A stretch of 64,000 nt of DNA, taken from contig JACKGL010000003.1 in assembly GCA_020631955.1 (NCBI GenBank), positions 72,059 through 136,058 of the forward strand, read 5' to 3'. Positions 36,905-49,485 of this stretch are shown here, piece by piece. The translations under genes were made by a program, and so were the position numbers. The first letter of the stretch is position 1; every line of letters starts with the position of its first letter. The notes under the pieces are model-generated. The model did no database searches, was not told the DNA's origin, and saw nothing but the letters and a program-made list of their open reading frames with translations. The stretch is from Candidatus Nomurabacteria bacterium. Its GTDB lineage: Bacteria; Patescibacteriota; Minisyncoccia; Phycocordibacterales; UBA9973.

Positions 36905-38262
36905 AAATATACAACTCCTTAACTAAGCAAATAGAAAAATTTACACCTATTGAGGAAAATAAAGTAAAATACTATTCTTGTGGTCCTACTGTATATGATA
37001 CAGCTCATATAGGAAATTTTAGAGCTTATATAACAGTAGATATTCTTAAAAGAACACTGTCTTTTTTGGGTTATAATGTTGATCATGTGATGAATCTCAC
37101 AGATGTGGATGATAAAACGATAAAAAGAAGTATAGTTGAAAACACTTCTCTAAAAGACATAACAGAAAAATATACAAGTATTTTTTTTGAAGATTTAGAT
37201 AGTCTCAACTTGATACGTGCCAATGACTACACAAAAGCTACCGACTATATAGATCAAATGATAGATATGATATCTACTCTTTTGGATAAAGGTTTTGCTT
37301 ACAAAACAGATGATGGTAGTGTGTATTTTGATATATCTTCTTACAAAGACTATGGTCAACTAACCAATGTAGACATGTCTCAGATGTTGGCCAACGCTCA
37401 AAATAGAATAAAATCAGACGAATACGAAAAAGAACAAGTAGAAGATTTTGCCTTATGGAAGTCTTATGATAAAGACGATGGAGATGTTTTTTGGGACTCT
37501 CCTTTTGGTAAAGGTAGACCGGGATGGCATATAGAATGTAGCGCTATGGCTAAAGCAAAACTAGGAGAAACTATAGATATACACTCAGGAGGAGTAGATA
37601 ACAAATTCCCTCACCACGAAAATGAAATAGCTCAATCAGAATGTGCCAACGGAGTTAAGTTTGCCAACTATTTCTTACACAACGAACACATACTTGTAGA
37701 CAATAAAAAGATGAGTAAAAGTCTTGGTAACTTTTACAGACTAGAGGATGTAAGCTCTATGGTTTCTGATATATTGGCTTTCAAATATCTCGTATTAACT
37801 ACACACTATAGAAAACAACTCAATTTTACCAAAGACTCTCTTTTAGCTGCAGATAACACACTGACTAATCTTAAAAAACATATACGAGAAATATATACCG
37901 AAGAAAAAGGGTCTGCTATAGCAAGTTATATGAGTTCTTTTAAAGAAGCTCTAGAAAGTGATCTTAACACTTCCCTAGCCTTGGCTAAGATGTGGGATAT
38001 GATAAAAGACACTGCACATACAAGTGCTGATAGATATGCTACTTTGATGGAGATGGATAAAGTTTTAGGCCTTAGATTAGACCATATAAAACCTGAAAAT
38101 ATTGAAGTTTCTCAAGATATAATAGATTTAGCAGAAAGTAGGTTGGAAGCTAAGAAAAACAAGAACTATGAACAAGCGGATGTCTTTAGAGATAAAATAA
38201 AAGAACTTGGTTACGAAATACTAGATCTACCTGATGATAAATATAAAATAATAAAACCCTAA
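36895..38262 (+). CDS. cysS: Cysteinyl-tRNA synthetase
   Basis: CGPTVYDTAHIGNFR and KMSKSLGN. Confidence 0.95.
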   Translation: MALEIYNSLTKQIEKFTPIEENKVKYYSCGPTVYDTAHIGNFRAYITVDILKRTLSFLGYNVDHVMNLTDVDDKTIKRSIVENTSLKDITEKYTSIFFEDLDSLNLIRANDYTKATDYIDQMIDMISTLLDKGFAYKTDDGSVYFDISSYKDYGQLTNVDMSQMLANAQNRIKSDEYEKEQVEDFALWKSYDKDDGDVFWDSPFGKGRPGWHIECSAMAKAKLGETIDIHSGGVDNKFPHHENEIAQSECANGVKFANYFLHNEHILVDNKKMSKSLGNFYRLEDVSSMVSDILAFKYLVLTTHYRKQLNFTKDSLLAADNTLTNLKKHIREIYTEEKGSAIASYMSSFKEALESDLNTSLALAKMWDMIKDTAHTSADRYATLMEMDKVLGLRLDHIKPENIEVSQDIIDLAESRLEAKKNKNYEQADVFRDKIKELGYEILDLPDDKYKIIKP

Positions 38263-38269
38263 AATCAGC

Positions 38270-38710
38270 TTAGGGTTTTATTATTTCTAATATGAATTCT
38301 ATTTTTTTCTTTTCAAATTCTACTTTTAGGTTGTATACTCCGAGTTCTTTTATAGGTTTTTCTAGTTTTAAATATTTAAGATCAAGATCTATATTATTTT
38401 CTTTTAGAATATCTACTATTTCTTTTTGATGTAACGCTTTGAACAATACACCTTTTTCGTTTGATTTTTGTTTTGTTTGTATGGTTTTACCAGACAATAT
38501 GTCCAAGTTTTTTACCATGTCTTTGACCATATTTTCTTTGTTTTCTTTTACGGCCTTTATCTGTTTTTCTAGATTCTTTATAGCTGATTCACTTGCTGGT
38601 ACAGCCAAACCTTTTGCAATCAGAAAATTCCTAGCATACCCTTCAGGTACATCTTTAATAGTGTTTTTCTGACCCATTCTGGGTACGTCTTTAATAAAAA
38701 TTACTTTCAT
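38270..38710 (-). CDS. rplI: 50S ribosomal protein L9
   Basis: MKVIFIKDV...G N-domain, long helix and C-domain. 146 aa. Confidence 0.9.
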   Translation of the reverse strand: MKVIFIKDVPRMGQKNTIKDVPEGYARNFLIAKGLAVPASESAIKNLEKQIKAVKENKENMVKDMVKNLDILSGKTIQTKQKSNEKGVLFKALHQKEIVDILKENNIDLDLKYLKLEKPIKELGVYNLKVEFEKKKIEFILEIIKP

Positions 38711-38711
38711 G

Positions 38712-39908
38712 TTATCTGTCGTTTAGGTAGTTTACTGCATAGTCTAGTTGGTTGTCTAGACCTATATTTGAATCATATTCTACTTCTATATCAGGAGTAA
38801 GACCGTATTCAGATATAGATATACCGTTCGGTGTAAGCCATTTTGCTATGGTTATTTTGAGATAAGTATTATATGTAACAGGTATAAGCTCTTGGACAGA
38901 TCCTTTACCAAAACTTTGTGTACCTATAAGAGTGGCTATACCGTGTTCTTTTAACGCTCCAGCCAATATTTCTGATGCTGAGGCTGATCCTTCGTCTATA
39001 AGTACCGCAATATCTACTTCTCCTGGTTTGAATATATTATATCCTTTTGATCTATACAAGACTTCATCAGTGTCTTCTCCAAAGTTTTCTCTCACGACCA
39101 CTTTTGAAGAAGGTAAGAACCAGCTAGCAATGTCTATAGAAGATTCTAAGTATCCTCCTGGGTTGCCTCTTAGATCTATGATCAGTTTTTTACTAGAAGT
39201 ATTCAAGAATTCTCTAAGAGCGGCTTGGAATTCTATAGAAGAATTTTGATTGAAGTCATATAGATGAATAACAAACACTCCATCTACCATTTCTGTATCT
39301 AAAGCTGGTACTTCTATAATGTCTCTTACTACTGATACATCTCTTGTTGTGCTAGATTCTATGTCAGCCACTGTCAGGACTACAGTAGTACCTTTTTTAC
39401 CTCTTATATTATCTATAGCTTCATCAACGCTCATATCTAGTGTTGTTTTACCATCTACTGCAAGAATAATATCTCCACTTTCTAGTCCAGCTTTTTCTGC
39501 TGGTGAATCTTTCAGCGGTGATATAACTGTCAGAAAGCCATCTTTCACACCTACTTCTGCACCTATACCTGATATTTCACCAACAAGCAGCTCTTCGAAT
39601 TCTTTTGTCTCAGTAGGGTCTAAAAAGTCAGTATAAGGATCTCCTAAACTCCTAGCTAGCCCATCTATAGCTCCCCACAGTTTTTCTTGGTCATCCACAT
39701 TATCAGCTGTAGGATATTTTTCATTAATCAAGTTCCAGACTTTCCAAAAAGGATCGAAGTCTACAGGAGCATCAAAAGAAGGTTCTTTATTGAAAATATT
39801 GGCAACTTTATCTATTTCACTTCTTCCACTATATCCTATAAAGATACCAGCTAGAAAGAATATAATAACAACAAGAAAGCTAACTCCAAATTTTTTATAA
39901 ATATTCAT
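38712..39908 (-). CDS. ctp: S41-family carboxyl-terminal processing peptidase
   Basis: PDZ domain, DLRGNPGGYL, and catalytic Ser context SASASEILAGAL. Confidence 0.9.
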   Translation of the reverse strand: MNIYKKFGVSFLVVIIFFLAGIFIGYSGRSEIDKVANIFNKEPSFDAPVDFDPFWKVWNLINEKYPTADNVDDQEKLWGAIDGLARSLGDPYTDFLDPTETKEFEELLVGEISGIGAEVGVKDGFLTVISPLKDSPAEKAGLESGDIILAVDGKTTLDMSVDEAIDNIRGKKGTTVVLTVADIESSTTRDVSVVRDIIEVPALDTEMVDGVFVIHLYDFNQNSSIEFQAALREFLNTSSKKLIIDLRGNPGGYLESSIDIASWFLPSSKVVVRENFGEDTDEVLYRSKGYNIFKPGEVDIAVLIDEGSASASEILAGALKEHGIATLIGTQSFGKGSVQELIPVTYNTYLKITIAKWLTPNGISISEYGLTPDIEVEYDSNIGLDNQLDYAVNYLNDR

Positions 39909-39933
39909 GTAGTAGTAATATTACTAAATTATA

Positions 39934-41181
39934 CTATTGTTGCAAGCTGGTATCTTCTGTATCTAATAATGATTTTTCTAAGTCAGTCCAAAACGCATCT
40001 TTGGTATATACATTAGAAGGATCCCACACCATATATGAGTATAGACCTATATCATACAAAGCTTGTATTTGAGCTTCTACCATAGATCTTGTATACACAG
40101 CTCCCAAGTCAAAATCTTGTATCCAAGCTCTTAACTTATCCTTACTTACACCTATAGCTTCAGCCCTTTTTATTCCATCTGACATTGATTTATGTATCAC
40201 ACCATATGGGTTATCAGCTGGATTTGCATAACCGTTCCATGTGGCTGGGTAATGAGAAGGATAGACCATCGGACAAACATAATCAAAAGTAGTAAGTGCG
40301 TCTTCTATTATTTGTCCTATATTCAAATCATCTGTATTACTTGTGGTCATACCGAAAAGATCTGCTGAAGTTTTTACGTTTGGATTGTACTTTTCTAGTT
40401 CTGCATTTATGTATGTAAAAAAGCTATTTATCACTTCATGCTTCACTTTACCTTCAGAATACGGGAAATAAATATTTTTCATATCTCCATCAGAAGGAAA
40501 TCTTATATAATCAAAGTTTATTTCATCAAAACCCACACTGTATGCATTTTCAGCTATCTCTAAATGATAATCCCATATCTTTTTTGAACCTGGATCAGTG
40601 AAAGACAACCCTTTTCTATCTTTCCATATAGCAGAAGTGTCAGTGGCTGTTTTTATAGCCTCAGAAGGCCAAATTTTGGTTATATGAGGGTCTTGAAATA
40701 CGGTTACTCTACCTATAACGTATATACCATTGTCATGCAGATATTGAATAATACCTTCTATATCACCTATTCTTTTTTCTACGGATCCAGCCTCGTTAAC
40801 TAAAGGACTGTCCATCTCAAAAGAAACTTTTCCGCTGTAGTCTTTTATATCTATTACTATAGCGTTGATATCAGAATCAATAACAAATTTAAGTAAAGGC
40901 TCTCTTATACTTTTAGTACCAGCGACCCAGCTTGTCATATAAACTGAACGTACATTTTCTGGTGTTTCTACATGAGGAGCCATTTTAGGTGGAACAACGA
41001 CTTCTTCTTCACTTATATCATCTGTGTAATCTGTGTCATTCTTTATACTTTCCGAGTCGTACTCAAAAGAGAAGGATTCAGCTAAATAGTAGTTTATTAG
41101 AAAAAATATACCAACGCCCAAAAATATAAGTATTGATACTTTTGTGGAGTGTTTCTTTAGAATTCTTTTATATCCTGCCAT
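39934..41181 (-). CDS. Putative glycoside hydrolase-like TIM-barrel protein (COG1306 / GHL type), membrane anchored
   Basis: N-terminal anchor. VYMTSWVAG...INAIVIDIKDYSG and FDEINFDYIRFP patterns match that family. Confidence 0.6.
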   Translation of the reverse strand: MAGYKRILKKHSTKVSILIFLGVGIFFLINYYLAESFSFEYDSESIKNDTDYTDDISEEEVVVPPKMAPHVETPENVRSVYMTSWVAGTKSIREPLLKFVIDSDINAIVIDIKDYSGKVSFEMDSPLVNEAGSVEKRIGDIEGIIQYLHDNGIYVIGRVTVFQDPHITKIWPSEAIKTATDTSAIWKDRKGLSFTDPGSKKIWDYHLEIAENAYSVGFDEINFDYIRFPSDGDMKNIYFPYSEGKVKHEVINSFFTYINAELEKYNPNVKTSADLFGMTTSNTDDLNIGQIIEDALTTFDYVCPMVYPSHYPATWNGYANPADNPYGVIHKSMSDGIKRAEAIGVSKDKLRAWIQDFDLGAVYTRSMVEAQIQALYDIGLYSYMVWDPSNVYTKDAFWTDLEKSLLDTEDTSLQQ

Positions 41182-41396
41182 CTATCTTGGTTGGATGACT
41201 CTTCATTTGGTTTCTTTTCGCTAAATGAAGAATTGATAATTCTTTTTTTAGGTCTTATTCTAAAATATATATAAAGCAGGAATACTCCTGTAAGTGTAAG
41301 AATTATCTTTTTTGAATTATCAGATATGCTTATGTATGGCACCAAAACCACAAGACAAGCTGCTATAAATATATACTTACTAATTATTTTGTTCAT
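41157..41396 (-). CDS. Small two-TM hypothetical protein
   Basis: 79 aa with two hydrophobic helices. Overlaps both neighbours (17 and 25 nt). Confidence 0.4.
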   Translation of the reverse strand: MNKIISKYIFIAACLVVLVPYISISDNSKKIILTLTGVFLLYIYFRIRPKKRIINSSFSEKKPNEESSNQDRWQDIKEF

Positions 41397-42072
41397 GTTT
41401 TGAAGGTTTAACTATTAAACTAAATTCCCCTTTTATTTTATCATTTTGCAGAAAATCACGCCATTGGCTCGCCTTAAAATACAATATCTGCTCGTACATC
41501 TTGGTCAACTCTCTACCTAATACAACATGTGAATCTGGATCTATAGAAGATATCTCTTCTAGGAGTTTTTCTATCCTATATGGTGATTCAAATAAAAATG
41601 CTGGATTTTCAGAAGACATTATTTTTTTGACCATAGTTGAACGACCTTTTTTTTGAGGTAAAAAGCCATAAAAAATGAATTCATCCATACTTATATCAGC
41701 TACAGACACAAGTGTAGTAAGTGCGGACACTCCTGGTATGGGTGTTATAGATATGTCATCTCCTAGAGAATCCTTTGCTTTTTGTATGAAGTAATACCCA
41801 GGGTCAGATACTGAAGGTGTGCCGGCATCTGTAACTATAGCTATATCTTTTCCAGATCTTAGTTCATCTATAATGGAGTCTATCTCTTTAGGAGACATAT
41901 GGGCATTGAGTTTTTTTCTAGGTGTGTCTATGTTGTATTTTTGAAATATTTTAGATGTTACTCTAGTATCTTCACATAGAACAATATCTACGTCTTGGAG
42001 TATCTTCACGGCTCTATAAGTGATATCTTCCATGTTTCCTATGGGTGTTCCTACTATATACAAGTTGCTCAT
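41380..42072 (-). CDS. rsmI: 16S rRNA (cytidine1402-2'-O)-methyltransferase
   Basis: LYIVGTPIGNMEDITYRAVKIL...CEDTR. Confidence 0.9.
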   Translation of the reverse strand: MSNLYIVGTPIGNMEDITYRAVKILQDVDIVLCEDTRVTSKIFQKYNIDTPRKKLNAHMSPKEIDSIIDELRSGKDIAIVTDAGTPSVSDPGYYFIQKAKDSLGDDISITPIPGVSALTTLVSVADISMDEFIFYGFLPQKKGRSTMVKKIMSSENPAFLFESPYRIEKLLEEISSIDPDSHVVLGRELTKMYEQILYFKASQWRDFLQNDKIKGEFSLIVKPSKHEQNN

Positions 42073-42467
42073 TATTTTAATATTATGTAGGTAATACAGC
42101 TAGATAAAGTCACCAAAAGACCTCCCCAAAGAGTGTCTAATATGATTATAGATTTTGGCCAGTCTTTCAATATTGCTCTATTTGTGAATTCATAAAATCC
42201 ATAAAGTAATATACCTAAAGCAAAAGAAGAGAGCAATGAAGTCATGTTTACACCTTGGGTTACATAAACTGGCACAGAAAACATGTATATTAAAATAGCC
42301 AAAAATATATATAGGATTATACCTGAGATTTTTCGGAATTTTATTTTATCACCCTCTAATATAAGCATGTGGCCTAAATCTTCCCTATATTTTTTGGAAG
42401 CAACAAAACCTATCCAGACAATATCTAGTAATATAAGTGATATAAATATTAAAAATAAGTAAATCAT
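42072..42467 (-). CDS. DUF2177-like membrane protein
   Basis: 131 aa, four TM helices, LLDIVWIGF start pattern. Confidence 0.5.
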   Translation of the reverse strand: MIYLFLIFISLILLDIVWIGFVASKKYREDLGHMLILEGDKIKFRKISGIILYIFLAILIYMFSVPVYVTQGVNMTSLLSSFALGILLYGFYEFTNRAILKDWPKSIIILDTLWGGLLVTLSSCITYIILK

Positions 42468-42476
42468 AATATAAAT

Positions 42477-43274
42477 TTAACCAATAATTTTTTTACCTGG
42501 ATGTAGGGGTATCAATTTGGACACATTTTTCTTGTATCCTTCCCAGTCAGGATGAGATTCGAATTTCTTTTCCAAAAGAGGTACGCCGGATACTTTTGTT
42601 ATAAGTAAAGTTATACATAAAGGACCTACAAAAGTGAAAATTATAGCCGGTGTATTTAGTGTAATAAGAAATATTCCCCACCAGAGTGTTATTTCTCCAA
42701 AATAATTAGGATGTCTAGAAAATCTCCAAAGACCGGAAGTCATGAGCTTACCTTTATTGTCGGGGTTTTTAAGAAACCTAGCTAACTGTGCATCACTTAC
42801 TGTCTCATATAGGAAACCTATTATAAATACCAGTATTCCTAAAACATCAAAGACAGTAGGAAATATAGGGTAATGAGTAGTTATTCCATACATAACAGGT
42901 AAAGATACTAAAAGCATAAAAATACCTTGCAATATATACACTTGCAAATATGATCTCACATAAAATAGTTTACCCCACTCTTCTCTCCACTGGTTGTATC
43001 TCCAGTCCTCTGACTTTTTTCTATTTCTAATCCAGATATGAGAACTAAGTCTAATAGACCAGATAGCCACAAGTGCGGTAAATATAACAGAACGTATATC
43101 TAAAGCTCCTCTAAAATGATAATCGAAGTTTAGACTAGCTAGTGCAATAATAAGAAATCCAATACCCCACCCTATGTCTGCCACATCATTCCTCTTGTGT
43201 ACTAAAGAATATACAAAAAGTATATTTACATACACAAATATTAAAAAAGAAGTATATAGTAATACGTTATTCAT
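42477..43274 (-). CDS. DUF1295 / steroid 5-alpha-reductase-like membrane protein
   Basis: SRHPNYFGEITLWWG motif, polytopic. Confidence 0.7.
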   Translation of the reverse strand: MNNVLLYTSFLIFVYVNILFVYSLVHKRNDVADIGWGIGFLIIALASLNFDYHFRGALDIRSVIFTALVAIWSIRLSSHIWIRNRKKSEDWRYNQWREEWGKLFYVRSYLQVYILQGIFMLLVSLPVMYGITTHYPIFPTVFDVLGILVFIIGFLYETVSDAQLARFLKNPDNKGKLMTSGLWRFSRHPNYFGEITLWWGIFLITLNTPAIIFTFVGPLCITLLITKVSGVPLLEKKFESHPDWEGYKKNVSKLIPLHPGKKIIG

Positions 43275-43282
43275 ATATTTTT

Positions 43283-43288
43283 ATTTTA
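43283..43288 (-). promoter_or_regulatory. -10 hexamer TAAAAT (context GTGTAAAAT), 8 nt upstream of the DUF1295 ATG
   Basis: Read on the minus strand. Confidence 0.3.
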
Positions 43289-43296
43289 CACTAAAA

Positions 43297-43327
43297 CAAA
43301 AAACTGGCAATTAGCGCCACTTTTTTG
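43297..43327 (-). terminator. Terminator of the atp operon, overlapping the atpC stop
   Basis: On the minus strand, CAAAAAAGUGGC-gcuaauu-GCCAGUUUUUUG: a 12-position stem with one mismatch and a U-run. Confidence 0.5.
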
Positions 43328-43727
43328 CAATATTTAGTCTGTTGAGCTCTATCTCAAGAGATCTTTCTCTACTCATATCCCCTTGTGTATCCAAAGGTTC
43401 GTTCATAGCCTCTACAGCTCTATCATAGGCAGCTTGTATCTGCTCAACATTCATTTCTCTAGCCAATTCACTAGACTCTGCTAGTATAACAAGCTCACTA
43501 TCTTTTCTAACTTCGAGTAGTCCACCAGAAATAGCAAGAGGTATTATTTGACCATCTTTATGTATCCTGATCTCTCCTACTTTTATAGACGAAACTAGTG
43601 GAATATGGTTTGGAAGGACTGTTATCTCTCCACTAGTTGTAGGTATAACAACATTATCTATACCCTCGTCAGAAAAAGCAGTTTTTGTAGGTGTTATTAT
43701 ATTTAGTTTAATCTTGCTATTACTCAT
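43311..43727 (-). CDS. atpC: F1 ATP synthase subunit epsilon
   Basis: 138 aa, beta-sandwich plus helical hairpin pattern, last gene of the operon. Confidence 0.9.
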   Translation of the reverse strand: MSNSKIKLNIITPTKTAFSDEGIDNVVIPTTSGEITVLPNHIPLVSSIKVGEIRIHKDGQIIPLAISGGLLEVRKDSELVILAESSELAREMNVEQIQAAYDRAVEAMNEPLDTQGDMSRERSLEIELNRLNIAKKWR

Positions 43728-43735
43728 AGTAATCT

Positions 43736-46028
<2,293 letters not shown>

Positions 46029-46031
46029 ATA

Positions 46032-47528
46032 CTATTCTCTAGTTAATTTGAAATCTTGGATTGATTTATCTAGTTTTGCTTTTATATCATCATTCCAATC
46101 TTTGTTTATTTCATCAAGTAAAGCTTTATTTGTAGTAGCTACATACTCTACCAACTCTTTTTCAAATTTAGTTATTTCTTCTATAGCAACATCATCCATA
46201 TAACCATTGTTCACCGCAAATATCGCTATTACTTGAGAAGCAACGTTCATAGGTGAATATTGAGGTTGTTTTAGAAGTTCTGTTACTCTTTTACCACGTT
46301 CAATAGCTTTTTTTGTTTCAGGATCCAGATCAGAATCAAACTGAGCGAAGCTTTCTAGTTCACGGTATTGAGCCATAGAAAGTTTCAATGTACCAGCATT
46401 TTTCTTCATAGATTTTATTTGAGCACTACCTCCCACACGAGACACAGAAAGTCCTGGGTTGATAGCTGGTCTCACACCTTTATAGAAAAGAGATGTTTCA
46501 AGAAAGATCTGTCCGTCTGTTATAGAAATAACGTTTGTTGGGATATAACCAGACACATCACCTGCTTGAGTTTCGATAATAGGTAACGCTGTAATAGATC
46601 CACCACCATGTGCTTTGTTTCTTCTACAAGCTCTTTCTAGAAGTCTAGAGTGTAGGTAGAAAACGTCTCCAGGATAAGCCTCTCTTCCTGGGGGTCTTCT
46701 AAGTAGAAGTGATATTTCACGATAAGCCACAGCGTGCTTTGAAAGATCATCATAAACTATAAGTACATCTTTTCCTTGATCCATAAAATATTCTGCTATA
46801 GCTACACCTGTATAAGGCGCAAGGTAAAGCATAGCTGGTGGCTCTGAAGCAGAAGCAGATACCACCGTGGTGTATTCCATAGCACCTGTTTCTTTAAGTT
46901 TTGCTACCGTTCTCGCTATTCTGGATTGTTTTTGACCAATAGCTACGTATATACATATTACATCTTGGCCTTTTTGGTTTATTATTGTGTCTATAGCAAT
47001 AGCTGTCTTACCTGTTTGTCTGTCACCAATAATAAGTTCTCTTTGTCCTCTACCGACCGGGATCATGGCATCTATAGATTTGATACCTGTCTGTAGTGGT
47101 TGATTAACTGGCTCTCTGGTCATAACACCAGGAGCTATTTTTTCTATAAGGACTTCTTTTGAAGTTTTTATTTCTCCTTGTCCATCTATTTCGTTTGCTA
47201 AAGCATCTACAGTTCTGCCTATGATACCTTCACCTACTCTAATAGAAAGGATTTTACCTGTTTTGTTCACCTTATGTCCTTCTAGAATACCTTTGTAGTC
47301 TCCTAAAATGATAGCTCCTATAAAGTCTTCTTCTAGGTTGAGTGCCAAACCTTGTGTTCCGTCTTCAAACATCAAAATTTCTGATGCTTTGCAGTCAGAA
47401 AGGCCGCTTATTCTAGCTATACCGTCGGATACGCTAACAACTTCACCTACTTCATGCGAATGCATTTGTGGCTCAGCTTTGTTAACCTCTCCTTTTATTT
47501 TATCTATTAATATATTTATGTCGTTCAT
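46032..47528 (-). CDS. atpA: F1 ATP synthase subunit alpha
   Basis: Walker [12 protein letters not shown]. 498 aa. Confidence 0.97.
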   Translation of the reverse strand: MNDINILIDKIKGEVNKAEPQMHSHEVGEVVSVSDGIARISGLSDCKASEILMFEDGTQGLALNLEEDFIGAIILGDYKGILEGHKVNKTGKILSIRVGEGIIGRTVDALANEIDGQGEIKTSKEVLIEKIAPGVMTREPVNQPLQTGIKSIDAMIPVGRGQRELIIGDRQTGKTAIAIDTIINQKGQDVICIYVAIGQKQSRIARTVAKLKETGAMEYTTVVSASASEPPAMLYLAPYTGVAIAEYFMDQGKDVLIVYDDLSKHAVAYREISLLLRRPPGREAYPGDVFYLHSRLLERACRRNKAHGGGSITALPIIETQAGDVSGYIPTNVISITDGQIFLETSLFYKGVRPAINPGLSVSRVGGSAQIKSMKKNAGTLKLSMAQYRELESFAQFDSDLDPETKKAIERGKRVTELLKQPQYSPMNVASQVIAIFAVNNGYMDDVAIEEITKFEKELVEYVATTNKALLDEINKDWNDDIKAKLDKSIQDFKLTRE

Positions 47529-47529
47529 A

Positions 47530-47916
47530 TTATTTTACTAGTTGCTCTCTTAAATCTTGTAAATATCTTTTTATACTCAGCTCATAATTCACTCCTCTGT
47601 AAAGTGCGCTAAAGCCACCTATAAGTGACTCATCCACTTCTACATCCACTTTATGTGAATCTTGTTTTTTTATAAGAGAAGATATTTTATCTACTGTGCC
47701 ATGATCAAAATCATGTGAGACTTTTATTTTGGCAGTATTTTTGTCATTTTCTTCTTTTAACTTCCTATCAACAAAATACAAAATACTTTCTTTGAGCTGT
47801 GATAAATGATTTTTATTAAGAAAATCTTCTAGGTCTTTTATAACCATATCAAAACCCTCTCCAGCTGTTAGCCTTATATATACTGCATCTGCTATTTTCT
47901 TTGAAGAGAGGTTCAT
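47530..47916 (-). CDS. atpH: F1 ATP synthase subunit delta (OSCP), short form
   Basis: C-terminal VDESLIGGF...YELSIKRYL. Only 128 aa. Confidence 0.8.
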   Translation of the reverse strand: MNLSSKKIADAVYIRLTAGEGFDMVIKDLEDFLNKNHLSQLKESILYFVDRKLKEENDKNTAKIKVSHDFDHGTVDKISSLIKKQDSHKVDVEVDESLIGGFSALYRGVNYELSIKRYLQDLREQLVK

Positions 47917-47917
47917 C

Positions 47918-48403
47918 TTATATATTTTCTTTAATTAATTTCTCAGCATTATTCTTATCAAAAGAACTTTTCAATATCTTTTCTAGGTTACCCATATACA
48001 AAGATACAGCTTCCTTTTTGAAAGAATCCATATTAGCGCTAGCTAGTTTCTTTGCTTCTTCACTAGCTTTGTCTAATATTTTAGATTTTTCCATCTCAGC
48101 TTCAGTTTTTGATAATTTTATAGTTTCATCAGCTTTAGATTTAGCGTCAGTAACTATTTGCTTAGATTCGTTGAGAGCGGTTTTAAGAATACCTTCTTTT
48201 TCTGACTCTGCAGAAGCTAAAACTTCTTCTGCTTGTTCAGCATTCTTTATACCTTTTGCTATCTCAGCTTTTCTATCTTGTATTGTTTTTTTGATAGGTT
48301 TGAAGAAAAATTTTCTTAGTACGAAAAATACCAAGAAAAAGTTGACTAGGTTAGCCAATGCTACTTGCCAATCAAAACCAATTTTTCCTAAAACCTCTTG
48401 CAT
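47918..48403 (-). CDS. atpF: Fo ATP synthase subunit b
   Basis: One N-terminal TM helix followed by a long charged helix. Operon position. Confidence 0.85.
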   Translation of the reverse strand: MQEVLGKIGFDWQVALANLVNFFLVFFVLRKFFFKPIKKTIQDRKAEIAKGIKNAEQAEEVLASAESEKEGILKTALNESKQIVTDAKSKADETIKLSKTEAEMEKSKILDKASEEAKKLASANMDSFKKEAVSLYMGNLEKILKSSFDKNNAEKLIKENI

Positions 48404-48409
48404 ATTTTT

Positions 48410-48625
48410 TTACAACAAGAAAAATGCCACCATAGCATAAATCGCTGTTGATTCTGCTAGAGCAACTCCAATAATCATTTTTGAGAAGATTGATCCTGTT
48501 TGATCAGGGTTTCTACCGATAGCTTCTAGAGCTTTACCGATAAGGTATCCTTCTCCGATACCAGATCCGAACATTGAAAATGTTGCTAGACCTTTTGCAA
48601 TTAATTTTGCTGATTCTACTTCCAT
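48410..48625 (-). CDS. atpE: Fo ATP synthase subunit c
   Basis: 71-aa helical hairpin with an RNPD loop and ion-binding Glu in ALAESTAIY. Confidence 0.93.
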   Translation of the reverse strand: MEVESAKLIAKGLATFSMFGSGIGEGYLIGKALEAIGRNPDQTGSIFSKMIIGVALAESTAIYAMVAFFLL

Positions 48626-48702
48626 ATAAATATGTTTGTATTACTAATAATTTTTCTAAATGTCAGACTACAAAGGTTTTTATAATCTGACCCAAAGAAA
48701 AA

Positions 48703-49485
48703 TTAATCTTTCTCTGGATTTATCGAGAGCATGTAATATGCCGTGATAAGTGATCCAAATACCAATGCCTGTATAACTCCTACCAAGAGGTTCATAGTAA
48801 GCCATAGTGATGGAACCACATAAGCTAGTCCTCCCATAATGATAATCATGAGCACTTCTCCAGCATACATGTTTCCAAAAAGACGAAGTGAGAGGGAGAA
48901 TATCTTTGCAAATTCACCAACAATATCAAGTAAACCTATGAAAAAGTCTACCAGCGCCATTACTCCAGAAGATATACCTTTCTTAAAACCTAGATAAAGA
49001 TCTTTCACTTTTATGAACTTATTAAAGTGTTCCCATAGACCCCACTCTTTCATACTTATGAATTGAAGCACCACTACAGCAGTAAGAGCCATACTAAATG
49101 TAGTGTTGAAGTCGGCTGTAGGAGTACGGAAAATAGGCAGTCCTTCATAAGTAATACTTGTAAGACCTGGTATAAGGCCTATAAGGTTAGATATACCTAT
49201 GAACACAAAGATACTAGCTATTATATTGAAAACAACTTTAGATCTATTTTTATTGGCTGTTATCTGGTCTATAAAATCTTCTATACCTTCTATCATCATC
49301 TCGAGTATTATTTGAAATGTGGAAGGAGTATTTTTGTATTTTTTGTAAAAATAAATACCGGTAATAAGTAGTATTAAAAGTATAAGTACAGCTAGAAGTG
49401 TGGAATTGGCTATATGGAAATTACCGATGTTGATTATCGTCTCCGGTTCTATTGTTGTTATTTCTCTCTTCGTCTGAAATATCAT
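48703..49485 (-). CDS. atpB: Fo ATP synthase subunit a
   Basis: Essential Arg context LSLRLFGNMYAGE. The only canonical start overlaps atpZ by 65 nt. Confidence 0.9.
   Translation of the reverse strand: MIFQTKREITTIEPETIINIGNFHIANSTLLAVLILLILLITGIYFYKKYKNTPSTFQIILEMMIEGIEDFIDQITANKNRSKVVFNIIASIFVFIGISNLIGLIPGLTSITYEGLPIFRTPTADFNTTFSMALTAVVVLQFISMKEWGLWEHFNKFIKVKDLYLGFKKGISSGVMALVDFFIGLLDIVGEFAKIFSLSLRLFGNMYAGEVLMIIIMGGLAYVVPSLWLTMNLLVGVIQALVFGSLITAYYMLSINPEKD

Noticed and set aside
48626-48702. Hairpin GTCAGA-N18-TCTGAC between atpB and atpE, considered as a possible ncRNA or attenuator.
   Set aside because: It is a 6-bp stem with a large loop inside an operon. It is compatible with a minor mRNA-stability or processing element but too weak to call.
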